Source: Raillietiella orientalis (lineage: Eukaryota). Taken from it: DNA of 64,000 nt. Shown here one piece after another: positions 41,450 through 53,830 of this stretch. A program made the position numbers and the translations under genes. The stretch lies in assembly GCA_036172245.1 (NCBI GenBank), contig JAYWIR010000003.1, forward strand, positions 5,518,001-5,582,000, written 5' to 3'. Within the stretch, counting starts at the first letter, position 1; the number at the start of each line of letters is the position of its first letter. The notes under the pieces were generated by a model. That model was given only the letters and a program-made list of their open reading frames with translations. It made no database searches and was not told the origin of the DNA.

Positions 41450-42180
41450 ATCCCGCCTGGCAGTCAAGTCAGCAGATTTCGTCTCCTTTCCGGGTCTGGG
41501 CGCTTCCCTTTCCCTTTCCTCCCTTTTCGGTTTTAATCTTCGCAATCAGCGATTTGAGAACGCACTCGTTCTCTTCTGAGGATGCTGGTCTGCGCGCCTT
41601 GAGATCCTTGCGAGGGTCGGAGACGATGGCTTGGGCTTCCTATCGGAACGTCTCCATTTCGCTTGGCGAGAAATTTGATTCGACCGATTAAACCCCGCGG
41701 AACCCGGGAAGCTCCCTCGAGCTAACATCACGCGACTGGGATGCAGGCGATGGAGCTCGTGCGGACCTCGATGCAACCGCTAGAAGGATGTTGGGTACAC
41801 TCCCCTCGCTGGAATGCCTCGCGGCCGAAAAGATTCCGCGGACTTTGAGCTCCCTCTCTCCCTGCACCTCACCAAGGGAACCCTCCATCCAAGTTCCACG
41901 GGGGTGGGGTACTCTACCTGAAGGAGTTTTCCATTTAGCTTCGCCCGGCGACGCGATCCTCTCGGGGGTTTCGAATCTTCTCTCGCGTGCGTTCCTTGGG
42001 TGCAAACGTTTGCTTCCTGCAGCCTCACAGTCTTCGGCGCAGTCCAGTGTGCGCCGAAGACTTGCCATCCGGAAAACGAGGGTGGTGTTGCACACAGCAG
42101 CGACGACGAAAGCGAAGGGTACCAAAGAGGAGTTCACAGATTCCCAGGAAGATCACGAGACTGCCGGTCCTGCTCATGGT
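41450..42180 (+). pseudogene. Narnavirus-like RdRp relic (palm)
   Basis: H..S..AGL....AW (about 41573-41635), SRDWDAGD (A-like, 41734), GVF...PG..IL...NLL (B-like, 41923), W..SDD.AKG followed by H at +12 and G at +16 (C/D, 42099-42168). Confidence 0.55.
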
Positions 42181-43849
42181 GATGGCGATTATAATTGGCA
42201 TGCGATGATTAACTGACGCTGCCGACTGTCACTACGGCTGCGAATTCCTAATCGTACTTAAGAATGACCAGGAAGAGAGAAAGAACCATGATGCAAGCAG
42301 CCATGCACGTTTCAGGCATCACACATCGCGATTTCAAATATTTACACGGATGATTGTGATTTATGATTTCAACGAAAGTGCGGTTTTCCAAATCGAAAGA
42401 CCTTCCTGAATCTTTCTAAATTTCTAAATTTCGGGATGGTTGCTACGCCTCCTTAAAGAACAATTCAGAAGAATACGTGGAAGGAAGACAAAAGACGTGG
42501 CGATTCGTTTCGCTTCGCGCGCGGCAGCAACATTCCTCGAAGGAACGCCTGCTGGACCGGAGAACACCCCAGCAGGCGATGAAAGGAATCAAAACAAAAG
42601 AATCCAGGATGAATGAACGAGAGACATGCACCTCGAGTGGGTTTCGCATTCTCGAAGATGCTGGGCGCACTCCCGTCGCCAGAACGTTTCCTTGACACGA
42701 GTGAATGGATGGGGATGTGTGAGGAAGAACAGATATCGGTTTGGGCGGGTTGCAATCTCAACGAAATACGTGGAAAGTAACGGCTGAAGGAATGGGAGCG
42801 AACGAACTCCCACGCATTCGTGTAGACGCGCGTCCAGACGTCTCTCGTCTTGAATCGGTTGGCTGTACGTCTCGTGGCTGAGATGATCGAGAAAACGAGG
42901 AAAGCTGAAAGTTCGGCATCCGCGGGCCGATCTTGCCCACGCTGATCAGCAGGTGGAAGTCCGTGGTGCGGATTTATCGGAACCACGTGGATCCCCTCTT
43001 CCTGCTGCCGTTAACCACACACCATCTCCGCGGCTGTTCTTCTTCGGCCGAGCACTTTCTATTCATTGGGCGGCTGAGAACACTTTTTGACTTTCCCAGT
43101 AATTAAAGGTTTCGTTCCTCGCTCCCTCCGTTCCCACCTCATTTGTCTCTTTCCACTCAGAAGAATCGGGAGGCTGCAAACTGGATCGTTTTCCCTGACT
43201 TTCGCAATTCTGCGCGAAGCCTCACGAACTCTCGCACTCGGTTTCCTCCAGGGCGTCGTCGGAACATTTCTGCGCACCTTCCTCTCGAACAGCCTTTAGC
43301 TGTTCGGAACCCGGCAATCATTTCCTCCTTTCCTGACAGATAATTTTCTCCATCAGTGCAATGCCCATTTACTGATCACTTTTACTAATTATTTTGTAAC
43401 TTATAAGCATCGGGGAGAGGCAGAAAGACGGTCACTGTGATTGGAAGCTCACGAGCATCCACTTAAACTCCGCTTAGCCTTTCATTTAAGCCTTCACTTC
43501 AAAGAAGTCTGTTTCATCCTAGGGGATCCTTCACGCAGTCTCGAGTGCCACGGAGAGAATCGAAAAATTCCGTTGCCATAGAGATTCGAGCGAAAGGGTC
43601 TTGGGAACCTTCACTCGAGTCGAAACTCCCTTCCCTTACATGGACTGTGCAGAATCAGATCCCCTGGAAAGAAAAGAAAAAAAAAAAAAAAATTCAGGTG
43701 AAACATCGAAACTCGGATTTGTCACGACTGCGTTTGGCAATTCTTTTCCGAGCCCTTTCCATCATTCTGATGGTCATTTCAGGTCGCCGTTCCTTCTCTC
43801 TGGCGCTTGCTTTATTTTCATTTCGACTTCATCCAGTTCTGGACCCCTC

Positions 43850-44260
43850 CTCCCCGGGTAAAGAGTAGGAACCGAGAGCAGGTCCATTTCTTGCTCAGGG
43901 GGCCAGTTTTTCGACCGAATTCTCACGCCGCGATGCAACAGAACTGTTCTTTGCTCTTTCCGATGACGACGCAACTCCGAGATGAGAGATGAGCCGATGA
44001 CGGGATGAATCATTCGATGCACCAACGGAAACGGATTTCAAAGTAAACGGTGAGACTTGACAAAAAGGCTGCCAGCGGTTGCTTCGGGAATCACAGCTTT
44101 CCCTCTTCGTAATGTACGTCGTACGGAAGAATACAATGCAGCTTTCAAAGAAAAGTTGGTCATGGACCGTCCTGGCTCGCGGGGAATCAAGGAGGCGCTC
44201 AATTATGGGGAGCAGATCGACGCATAGAGATCGGCTGGTCGCCGCCATCTACTGTAGGCC
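43850..44260 (+). pseudogene. Narnavirus-like RdRp relic (F-A-B)
   Basis: PG.KSRN (43854), LDKKAASG (44056, one substitution from DxxxASD), RRSIMGS (44193). Confidence 0.5.
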
Positions 44261-44748
44261 ACTCCATGTCTCCTCGGCCTCTACGTTTCAGTGATTTATG
44301 AATCTTTAAAGAAATTCTGTGCTGAAAAAGCATCCTTTCCTTCCTTCTGAATCATCTTGCAACCCAGTTCGCATAAGCAGAGACGCGCAAGCGTATGCGT
44401 ACGAGCAGATTCTACTTCTTCCGCGAAGCGAGCAGGGGTCCAGGTTTTCCAGCAATTCAAATGGTCGTGGATGATAGCTGAAGCGAATAAACCAGGATGC
44501 ACCGACACTGAACCACCACTGAAATCGCCAGGAGCAACAGGATTTCGGGACGCAGCGCCCTATGTGACTTACGTGGTTTTTCAGCCGAAAACGCCTCCAC
44601 CAAAGCGTTTTTGCAGCCAATAAGGAACCTCTGAAGGATTTGGAAATCACTGACCAACCAGACAGGCATGAAAATGGAAGGTGGACATCCTTCCAATGGA
44701 AGCACCAAGACTGTCTTTTGCCCGCAGTTTTTTTCTTTTTTTTTTCTG

Positions 44749-44783
<35 letters not shown>

Positions 44784-45584
44784 CGTGTGGACACTTCGAG
44801 AAACTGGAGATGCTGGAAGGATTCAGTTCTTCTAATGCTCCTCCCGACGCATCATCGTGTGCAGAGGGGACCGTTATGCCTTCAGCCATGCTGCCTACGT
44901 GTACGTGTAACTTCACCTCCAGTGTATTCCGAGATGACCTTTTCCTGGGAACACTCGATGGAAATGACAAAGTCTTGGATTACTTAAGCCTGCAATTCGT
45001 TCGCGTCCCATAAGGAAACAGATGGGTGACGAAGGGGGACGAAAGGAACATGGGAACTGGAAAGCGCAGGTTTCTTTCAGCATGAAGAGAAACATCGAGA
45101 AAAGCGGGGGTGAGACCAGAAGCAGCTTGATGAATTGTACACGAGCAAAGGTGCGTATTTTAGTACGCATTCCACAGAGTTCGAGAATTCTCTCACTCGC
45201 TAATTTCTCTTTACATCGCACAAACGAAACGTCCGCTCCTTTCTTGAGTGCACGCTGGAAACCGAGTGGCAGCTGACACCAGAGGCATGACCTTTCTGAG
45301 AATGAGGGGGGGGGGGGAACATTCAGGTTTGAAAGAGCACCAACTAATGACCTTCGAAAGCCCCAGGTCTATTTGGGCTCGACTTTGCGGAAGACACACC
45401 CTGCTGATCTCGGAACAGTTCATCTCGAGCAAGGATGGAGATTCATCATCCCACTTTATTGAGGTATTGAGTTGCAAACTTTATTGTTTTTTTTTTTTGT
45501 TTTTTTTTTTTCTTCGTTTTATTTCACGCATCCGTTTCCATCAGTTTCGGTTGGATAAAAAATAAGTAAATAAATAATGGATCA

Positions 45585-46760
45585 ATGGAATCTCTCGTGC
45601 TGGCACGCCTATCTGTCATTGGGAGACTTGCTACAAGTCGCTCCCAGAAGAAAGTTTTGCCGGAAGCTTTTCCGTGGAACCAGCGAGTGACGAAGGAGGA
45701 CTTCATGCCGGCCCCCGTGATTAGCCTGCCCGTGCTTCCAGTCGACGCGAAAGGAGACCCTGAACCTGCCGGGCAGCAGCTGGTCTTCCGGGGAGGTCAG
45801 GAAGGAGGTACGACGACCAAGAGCCCGACGACGGTCGGCGCCCAGAACTCCTTCGTGCCCCCTCCCCCTCAGCATCCCCAACCCCCCTTATAAGGATAAG
45901 GAGCCGTTCCCTCAGATGAGAGTCAGAAAGGGATGCCACGTGCATCGAGGTCCACGACAGGCCCTCTTTGGCGGCCCCGTGTGGCTGCAGTTTCCGCGCG
46001 CGCGTGGCACCGAGCGTTGCGGGTTCGAATCCCCATGTGGAGGACCGACACCAAGAACGGTAGGTGCGTCGTGGGTTTCGAGTTCCCCCCGCAGGATGGT
46101 GCTAGTTAGCCAACTCGAGTGCGGCGCTGGTAAAAGCAGAATGTTTCCGTTGACTGGCCTCCGGGATTGGAAGTTGACCCCCCGGAATCCTACCTGGAAG
46201 CAAAGAGCCTCCAGTGGTGCAAACGGAGCTGGTTGATGCTGCGAACTTGGGATCGGTAGCTCGCTGGTCAGGTTCTTGGAAATCAACGAGATGTCAAACG
46301 CCGCGGTGATGTCAGAGGTGTTCCCGGAGGGAGTCCCCATTCCTGGACTCCGGGTGCAGAAGCCTTTTCTTGCCCCCTCTCCGCTGCCCTTTTACTTGAT
46401 GGCTGCCCGGAGGAGAAGGAAGGAAAGGCAAAGGACAAGAGCCTTTTCAGCAACCTGCACCAGGGGCAAGCGCTCCCTGTCTCTCCCCACCGGTCGGGCG
46501 GATGCAGGGAGGACTGGAAGACGGCCTTCCCGGCCGCGGGCCACTCAGTAAGACGTCAAAGAACTGAACTCGGCCTTCTTTCCGCGCGCGCCGTCCACAC
46601 TGCCCCTGCTGCAGCTGGCCCTGCGCCTGGACTCGAAAAAAATCTCAAGAACAAGCTCAGATCGCAGTTTTCTCAATATGGCACCTGCCAAGCTTGGAAC
46701 TCCCGAACTCTTCCTCCCACGCCGGAACGTTCCCCGTTTTCCAGAACCTTCCGATCCCCA
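45585..46760 (+). pseudogene. Narnavirus-like RdRp relic, near full span with deletions
   Basis: LARLSVIGR (45600), EGG, ERCGFES (F-like, 46012), EMSNAAV (A-like, 46288), GVPIPGL (B-like, 46330), KLGTPELFLPRR (46690). Confidence 0.5.
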
Positions 46761-47329
46761 TCGGTTGTTTATCCTTGGGTGTCTGTCTTGCAGGATTCTT
46801 CGGAGGAAGGCCACCCTGGAGGGTGCTCCTCACTGTCTGGCGGGAGTACGCTCTCTCAACAGGAGCCGCTTCCGGAAGAGATTCCAGTCCAGTCGGTTAA
46901 TCCGGGGGGCGTTCCTTCCGAATGCCGTGTTGTGCGTCTTTTTTCCATCCCCAGATATGGCGGCATTTCCCTCAGGGTCGTTGGCAACGTCTCCTGCCTC
47001 CAGCATCTCGACGAGGCAAGCTCTTCCTCAGCGGCGCGGAGCCTGCCAGGGGTATTGCGGCACCCCGACTCTTTGGCTTACCCGGACTCTGCTTCGTGGG
47101 AGATCCCTCTGGTTGCTCGGCTCCTGCCTTTCTGCGACACCACGGAGCAGAGAGCGGCTGCAGGTGGCATCCCTCTCCGACGCTCATCTGAGAGACTGCT
47201 CCAAGATTCGGAAGATTTTCTCGAAGTCCTCGGTTAACTTTACTAGGAGTCAGCTTTTCTTGACCCTGCTCAACACAGCCAAACACACTTCGTGTCTCCT
47301 CCCCCCCCCCCTCCTCGTCTCCATTGTTT

Positions 47330-48430
47330 GCTCAGGAGCTTTGGGGGAAAAAAATTCTCGAGCGTCCTTCATTACTCAGCTTCCCGTATCCCCCTTCCAC
47401 ATCAGAAGAGGGGTTCGTCCCACTTCCTGCTTGCCTTCACCTGCATTTCGGAAGTTCTGAGCCACCAAGGTCTGAGCGGTGTTTTCAAATAAGCAGAAAA
47501 CGGGAAGAATCAGAAGGAGAGCACTGAACTCCCTAGCCAAGGTTCTCTCATCCCACCGGGCTTCCTCCTTCCGTGGAACTCCGATGCGGACGCAAATTCG
47601 CGTGCTGGGTTTGTTTCCGGCTGCGTCCCGGGAGTGTGGTGCCATCTGCTGGCAGATTCGAGCAATGCACCAGGGCTCCGGCGGAAATGGCTTGTTGTGT
47701 TTAGGAATCCATCGCCGTTGCTGAGCAAATGATTCCAGCAAGCTCCGTGTGCGGAGGGGAAGCCTGGCACCAGATTTCGGTCCATTATCTCAGCGTGTGG
47801 CATGCAGGCGAGCTTCCCACAAAGGCACGGTAATTCCTCCCACCCCCCCTTCCCAAGAATTCCTTTATCTGGAAAGCATCTTCACTCCTGAAAACTAAAA
47901 GTACAGCTTCTCATCTGGTATCCCCTAGATATCCCACATCTATCACGTGAGCACGTCATTCTTTATCCTTGTCTCCCAAACCTGCGTCATTATGGATGGA
48001 AGAACTGCTCTCCGCTCCCAGGTGGTTCCTCGCGTCAATTAGAAGGGAGAAACATCCATTCAGCTACTGCATTTCGTCATTTCCCGGTGCTGTTTCCCGA
48101 TTTCACCACGGACAGAACGTCTCTGAGTTCCTGCTGGAACCCACCTCATCGGGCGACTGGATCGTGCGGCGTCATCTCCTTCGCGAAATTCAGAACCCGA
48201 GAAGTACTTTCGACGAGTACTTTTCATGAACTTTCGACCCTCCCAGCTGGTCCATTCGGGCGGCCCGAGGGCTTCGCGGCACGCGCCGGCATTCGGACTG
48301 ACCAGGGCTAGCGATTCTTCCGAAACCCCCTCTCCGTGCACGGTCCGTTGTCTTGGACACCGCCGTCTACGAGACCTCCGCATGTGCGAAATCCGTGCCC
48401 CCCCCTTCCCTTGGGGAGTGCGGGTGTTCT
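47330..48430 (+). pseudogene. Narnavirus-like RdRp relic
   Basis: GEKNSR..IT..P...HIRR (F-like), SGVFK*A (A-like), RGTPMR (B, 47572), GNGLLCLG (C-like, 47683), IISACGMQAS (D-like), APPSLGECG (about 48395). Confidence 0.5.
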
Positions 48431-48549
48431 GTTTGGTGGGTGCTCCGTCGGCAGCATTCGGGAGCTGCTCGACCGCTGGCTCGCCTGGTTCCTTAGAAAG
48501 GAAGCCACGGCTGGGTGCCGAATCCCGAAAGATCTCGAAAACTCACTAT

Positions 48550-48950
48550 GTATATTAACATGGAAATTTACATATACACTAACGGATATCATAAAGACTA
48601 TGAAAAATAAATATATACATTTACAAATGCAATAAATACATATGTTACTATATACAATGTACTTCCATGTAGGTATTTATATATACAGATCTATTTTAAC
48701 ATGCATATTTATCAATATATTTGATGACAAGTATGAATTCTTAATATATATATAATCAAGATTTAAAATATTATATGTCAATAAAAGATATTTGTTTAGT
48801 ATATACATTAAGATATATTTATGTGTATAATAAATACATATGGAATGAATATAAAAATATCCAATTTGAAAAAAATAAAAAGGAATTGTGGGAATGAAAA
48901 ATAGGGACAAAAAAATAAATATTAATGCATGTTATTATGATTAGTTACAG
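48550..48950. other. Sharply bounded AT-rich island
   Basis: About 400 bp of roughly 80% AT (visual estimate) between GC-rich blocks. Confidence 0.85.
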
Positions 48951-48956
48951 TAAGGA

Positions 48957-49480
48957 ATGAGCTCCCGGTCCTCGGCGTCTCAGAACCAGGAGCAGGTCCG
49001 CGTCGGCTACTCCCCTGTTCTGGGCGTCTTCCGGACGCTTCCGCAGATGGAGGGGATGTCAATGGCTAGAGGTGATTGCGGCAGAAGAGGCGATCCGAGA
49101 AAAAGGGAGAGACAGCGTCCCGGAGAGGCTCCAAGGGACGCGATGGGAGCGGGTGTCTGGCAAAGGTTCCCCGCGTGGTCTCGTCCCAGGCAGCTACCTC
49201 GCAGGGGTTTGTTCCGTGGAAGGGACGACCACTGACCGACGGGTGCTGATGCGCGGTCTTATCTCCCCTCTCTTCTGGGACCGGAGGGTCGGATCCCCAC
49301 GCTGCTCTCCCTCCAGGAGGCGGGAACGGAAGGGAGGAGCTGATCTGCTGGGTTTCTTCGGAGGGACGTCACGAGTTGCTGGCGTCCCTGGTCGTCCCAG
49401 GACCTCCCGGCCGCACACATGGAGACTAAGACGGGGCTCCCCCCACAGGAGACGGCCGTCCTCCTCTAAAATAAGCAAAG
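48957..49480 (+). pseudogene. Narnavirus-like RdRp relic (F-A), strongly structured
   Basis: VPE(R)GSKGR across a frameshift (49117), LFWDRRV, SSQDLPAA (A-like, 49401), multiple stem-loops. Confidence 0.5.
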
Positions 49481-50159
49481 CTTAACCTCTGCCACGGGGA
49501 CACGTTGCGTGAGATGCAGCTCTGCTCACCCACGTAACACGGGGAGAGCGGAATGCGGGCTGTGGAGCCGGCGATAGAGCCAATGGGGAAAGCCAATCCC
49601 CTTCCCCCTCCCCTCCCCTCAAAAGGAATTCGGTTGTGACGGACACGGCACCGGAGTAAGTGTCGTGACGGCTCGAGAAGGCGGGCTGAAGAGCGAGAGC
49701 GGGTCCATCGTCTAAGGAAACCGCTCGTGCACAGGATGTGGCGAACGGCGTCTTTCTCGGAGACCAAGGAGGGATCTCCGGTCTCGACGCCCTCCGAGTC
49801 AGCGAGAAGTGAAATGGGCGGAAAGGACCAGGGGAATGAAAAGGGGAGGAGATGAAACGGAAAACTGATAGATGCACCGGAACGGCTCTTCCCCTACCCG
49901 CTCCAGGCTGCTCGGTCCCCCAGCCCTGCTGCACCTTTCCGTGAAGCTGGAGGGAGTGGTCCGATCGCATTGCGAGGAGCAGTCTGGAGCTTTCTCTCTG
50001 CTTCTGGCACCCCCTCCGGCCAAAGGGGGCTGTTCCCCATTTATGTAAGCCTCCGGAGCCTTCCTGCCGGAGGGCGAAAACTGCCGAAGGGGAGGCGAGG
50101 AGAGGGGTGGACCACGCTGCAGGTCTCCAGGTCGCTTCTCTGGGCTCTCGAGAGGCCCC

Positions 50160-50560
50160 TCCTCCCGTGAGCATGGGAACTCACTCCCTGGATGGATTTT
50201 TCTACGAGGCCGGGAGGAGAGGACTGAGAACAGAGCCGCAGGCATCGGAACAGACGAATCCCATGCTTCACCCTTCCGTTGCTTCCCAGGACTCCTTCCA
50301 CCTTCTAGGAGTGCCGAGTTGGATTGCACGGAAGCGCCCGGGAAGTTTAGTCGATGTGGGTCTCGGGTCTCTGTTGGCAGCCATCGCAGAGTGCGCTGTT
50401 GGCGCTCACCCACGACGCCAGAATGAGAGGCAATGACGTAGCAGAAAACTCGGTATATCTCGGAAGGGAAGGTCCAGGAGAGGCAGGCAAGGGAATCTTT
50501 TCGGGAAGCAGCGTGCTGATAAACCTTCCTCTAGCTCTCCCGAGTGGAGGCGTAGCTTCC
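50160..50560 (+). pseudogene. Narnavirus-like RdRp relic (B-C-E)
   Basis: LLGVPSW (50302), ARMRGNDVA (50429), GIFS (50492), LPLALPSGG, nested stems. Confidence 0.45.
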
Positions 50561-51810
50561 AGGAGACGGAGGAGGAGGGTGGAGGGTCTTTCCTAAAAGT
50601 TCCGTGACCCCGAGACCGCTTGGCGAGGTGGAGGGGAAGGACCGATCTTGAGCGAGGAACGCCCTACCCCTTCTCTTGGGAAGGGGTATGTGGCCTAAGG
50701 AGGAGGAGGGAATTCCAGGGAAGATTCAGTGCGCTCCAGCAGGAACTAAGATTCTTCACCACAGCAACGAGGATCGATGTTTGCCACTGGGAAGAGCGCC
50801 AGAGATCTCTGCCTACTCTCACCCTGACTTCGGAGCGAAGAATAGGCGATGGTGAAGGAGGCGGGGCGGGTGTGCCCCTGGAGGCTGGAGCAGGAGCTCA
50901 TCGCAGCCGCTAAGAGACTTTCCCTTTTCTCCAGAGATGGAGACTGCATCCCCTCTGCCTTTCCCTTCAGTCAAGATGGCGGCCTGGAGGGGTAGAGAAC
51001 GGACGTGTTTGTGTTTCTCATCCCCCTCCCAGATCCCTCGAGGGAAGAGCGGAGAGTGACGCGTGGACGAAGGCGCCCGGGGTCGAATGGAGGGATGCTA
51101 GTCGGCGTCTCGAGACCCTTCTCCCCTCTTTCCCGCACTCTCTTACCCTTGAGCGTTCCGGGTCGCTTCCGGGATCTCCGAGATCTGACCGCTTCCTCCT
51201 GCTCCGTCTCCCGGGAAGCGCGCGCGAGCCGACCCCGCGGGCTCCTGCTTGCCTCTTCCCTTTCCCAGTGGGAGTACCGAGGAGGGCGATCGCTGCTCGA
51301 GCGAGTCGGCGGCGCCAGTGCGCAGAGGCGGGATGAAGGAGGAGGACGGGCCTAAAAATAGTCGGGGTCACAGGACGTGCCCGTGCGAGCAAGGAAGGTC
51401 GCCCGGAAGACACCCGGCAGAGCGCCGTCATCCGGGAAGACGAGGAAGAAGGCATGGACTCCGAGAGCGCAGCTGGCTGCGCCCCCGCGCTTCCCTCCCC
51501 TCTCGTTCTCCCTCTTCCTCCTCCTCAAGTGCAGGAGCTCCCCGTGGTTCTCTAAGACTGCAAGGCCCTCTGGTGTCCTCGGAAGGCCGGGCCTCCCGGG
51601 AAGAGGAGATCCCAACACACGCAGCGAAGCAGCCCAGGAGCGAGCTGCGAGGCTCCGAGGAGGAAGCGCAGAGGAAGGATGAGATGCTGCCGTGGGCGCG
51701 CACGGACGCGGGGTCGGAACGAGGAGGCATCCGCTGCTTCCTCTACGAGAGGTAACGGCGGCAGACGTGTCACCTGAAGACCTGTTCTGAGGCCACCGTT
51801 CTTCTCGCCG

Positions 51811-53300
51811 TTGCTGGGATACGCGAATCCGCGTCCCTCTCTCTCGGAAGCACACATCGGGAGCGCGAGCGACGCGGAGGCAGCAAAGGTCCGTGCAGGA
51901 GCTCGTCAGGGAGGGATGCTGGGTAGATTTCTCAAAAGGACTGGGAAGTGGCCTCCCATTCCCCTGGGAACCCTCCGTGTGGTCTCACCCTTTAGGAGGG
52001 CTTCATTGACGAGCTGTGAGACAAGCTGGGATGGAGCTTCCTCACCCAGGGTGCATCGAGAAAAAGGATACTCCAGCAGGAGAAAAGCAAAGTGGAAACG
52101 AAGGGGGGATGAAGCGCTCGCCTCGCTCACCAAGATCGCGCAGGCAGTCCGTGGTATGGATGCTGAGGATCCGCTCGACTGGACCAGGGGGTGCGGAAGC
52201 GGCCGACTCTCCTCCGACTGCTAGACAAGCAAGCCCCGCGTGGGGGTGGGATCAATCCTGCAGAGCTCGCGCGTTCTCGCCCGGGACGAGGTCGCGCAAT
52301 CTCTCCTCCCTCCCTCCCCGCTCCTGCTTTTCCTCCTTTGGGTTCGTCCTTCCTCCGAGGGAAGAGGGTAGCGTCACGAAGTCAGGGATCAGCCAGGGTG
52401 GGACGTTGCAGGGAAGGGGGGCCGACCTTGCGTGGATGGAGGAGCAGAGCTGCATCCCTCTGCCATCCAAGATAGCGTCCGACCCTCCGCTCTCTGAAGA
52501 CGGAGCGGTCCAGATGATCTGGACTGTCGTGCTTCCTCCGTCCTCTCGTCCGAAACTTGCGCGCGTCCCCTTTGGGTGTTGCCGGAAGGGCGCACTCCGC
52601 ATAGGCACGAAGTCCAGGAAGCAACAGAGCGCTGTAGTTACCTCCGCCCTTCCCTATCACCCTCCTCCGCAGCCTCATGGGCCGGCTCCTGCGATAGCGA
52701 CATTCCTCCGCTCCCAGACCTCGCCCCTTAACTCCCCTCGCAGCAGGGCAGTGCGCCTTCTCCTATCCCTCCCCTTCCCTATAAGGAGTGATAGCTGTCA
52801 CCGAGTAATGCGGGTAAGGGCTCTCCTGGGAGAGACCGGGTTCTGGGCAGTCTTCCTACCCGTGGGCTCTCGACGCAACTTCTTGGAGGGAAGTTGATGG
52901 CTCGTCCACTCCGCAGCCTCCACCCACACGCCCCAGTGCCTCCAGGGCGAAGGACGACGGGCTGCGATGGTTCCTTCCGTTCGTCTCTGGCTGGAGACGC
53001 ACGGGTCCTCCGTCGCGTTTGGGGAGGGGGGGATCGCATCCCATGAGTGACGCGTCGTGCGGGTCCTAAGTTCAGGGTGGTGCTTCGGATGGCCTCTTGC
53101 GGCGCGTCCAAAGCGCTGAGGCAGTCCGTGTCTGGCAACGGGACCTCCCCAGCGACCGACGTCTTCCTGGGGTCATCTCTGCTCTCCGAGCCGTAAGACG
53201 GAGGCCTTTTCTGACCCCAGCAGCTGGGAGGAGAACCCAGAGACTCTTAGATACCGTTTGTTTATTTCCTCTTCCTCCTTCGTCACTCTAGACCTCTCTC
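51811..53300 (+). pseudogene. Adjacent narnavirus-like RdRp relics (2-3 fragments)
   Basis: SAS..E....GG and REKGY..R...DP (51860-52175). RGKRV/VTKS (F, 52356), RALLGETGFWAV (B, 52817), KDDGL (C, 52950). GPKFRVV (F, about 53062). Confidence 0.5.
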
Positions 53301-53674
53301 CGGACTCCTGTTAGCTCACTGTGAATGAACATCCAAGAGCGACCGGATGAGCAGGGCACGCTCTCGGAGGTCACGGTCACTGAGAGACCAGACCACTCCA
53401 TCCCCATGTAGTCCTGCCACTTGTGCACCCTAACCCCATATTCCACCTAAGTCCCATAAGCTCCACTGCCGTATTTCCCTACTTACTCTTTTGTCATCCC
53501 TATACTTCCTGCCGAGTTGTGATGCCTGAGGGAAGGGGATCACGGGACGGTGAGCCGCTTCCGCTGCTATCTGGAAACGATTCAGGCAGCGTCTCTTTTA
53601 AACGACTGTTACGGACCCCCCTCGCGGGGGGTGTCAGAACCTCAAGAAGGGAAGCCTGAGTTGCTCTCTAAGAA

Positions 53675-53830
53675 GAAGAAACCGTCCGTCACGAAGGCTA
53701 GCCTTCTTCGTATACCACCTCAAGAAGTTGTGGAGCCTCGTCCTCTTTCAGATGGTTGTTTGGGGTCTTCTACCACTTTCACGCACCCTGACCCCGTTCC
53801 CAAAGGTCCCCCTCTTTCCTTACAGAAGAA
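53675..53830 (+). repeat. Dispersed ~155-bp repeat, copy 1
   Basis: Near-identical to 59192-59348. Contains the palindrome GAAGGCTAGCCTTC (53693-53706). Confidence 0.9.

Noticed and set aside
45973..46046. tRNA or SINE-like GGTTCGAATCCC B-box
   Set aside because: No convincing cloverleaf, and the same bases fit RdRp motif F (ERxGFxS) in order with the flanking motifs.
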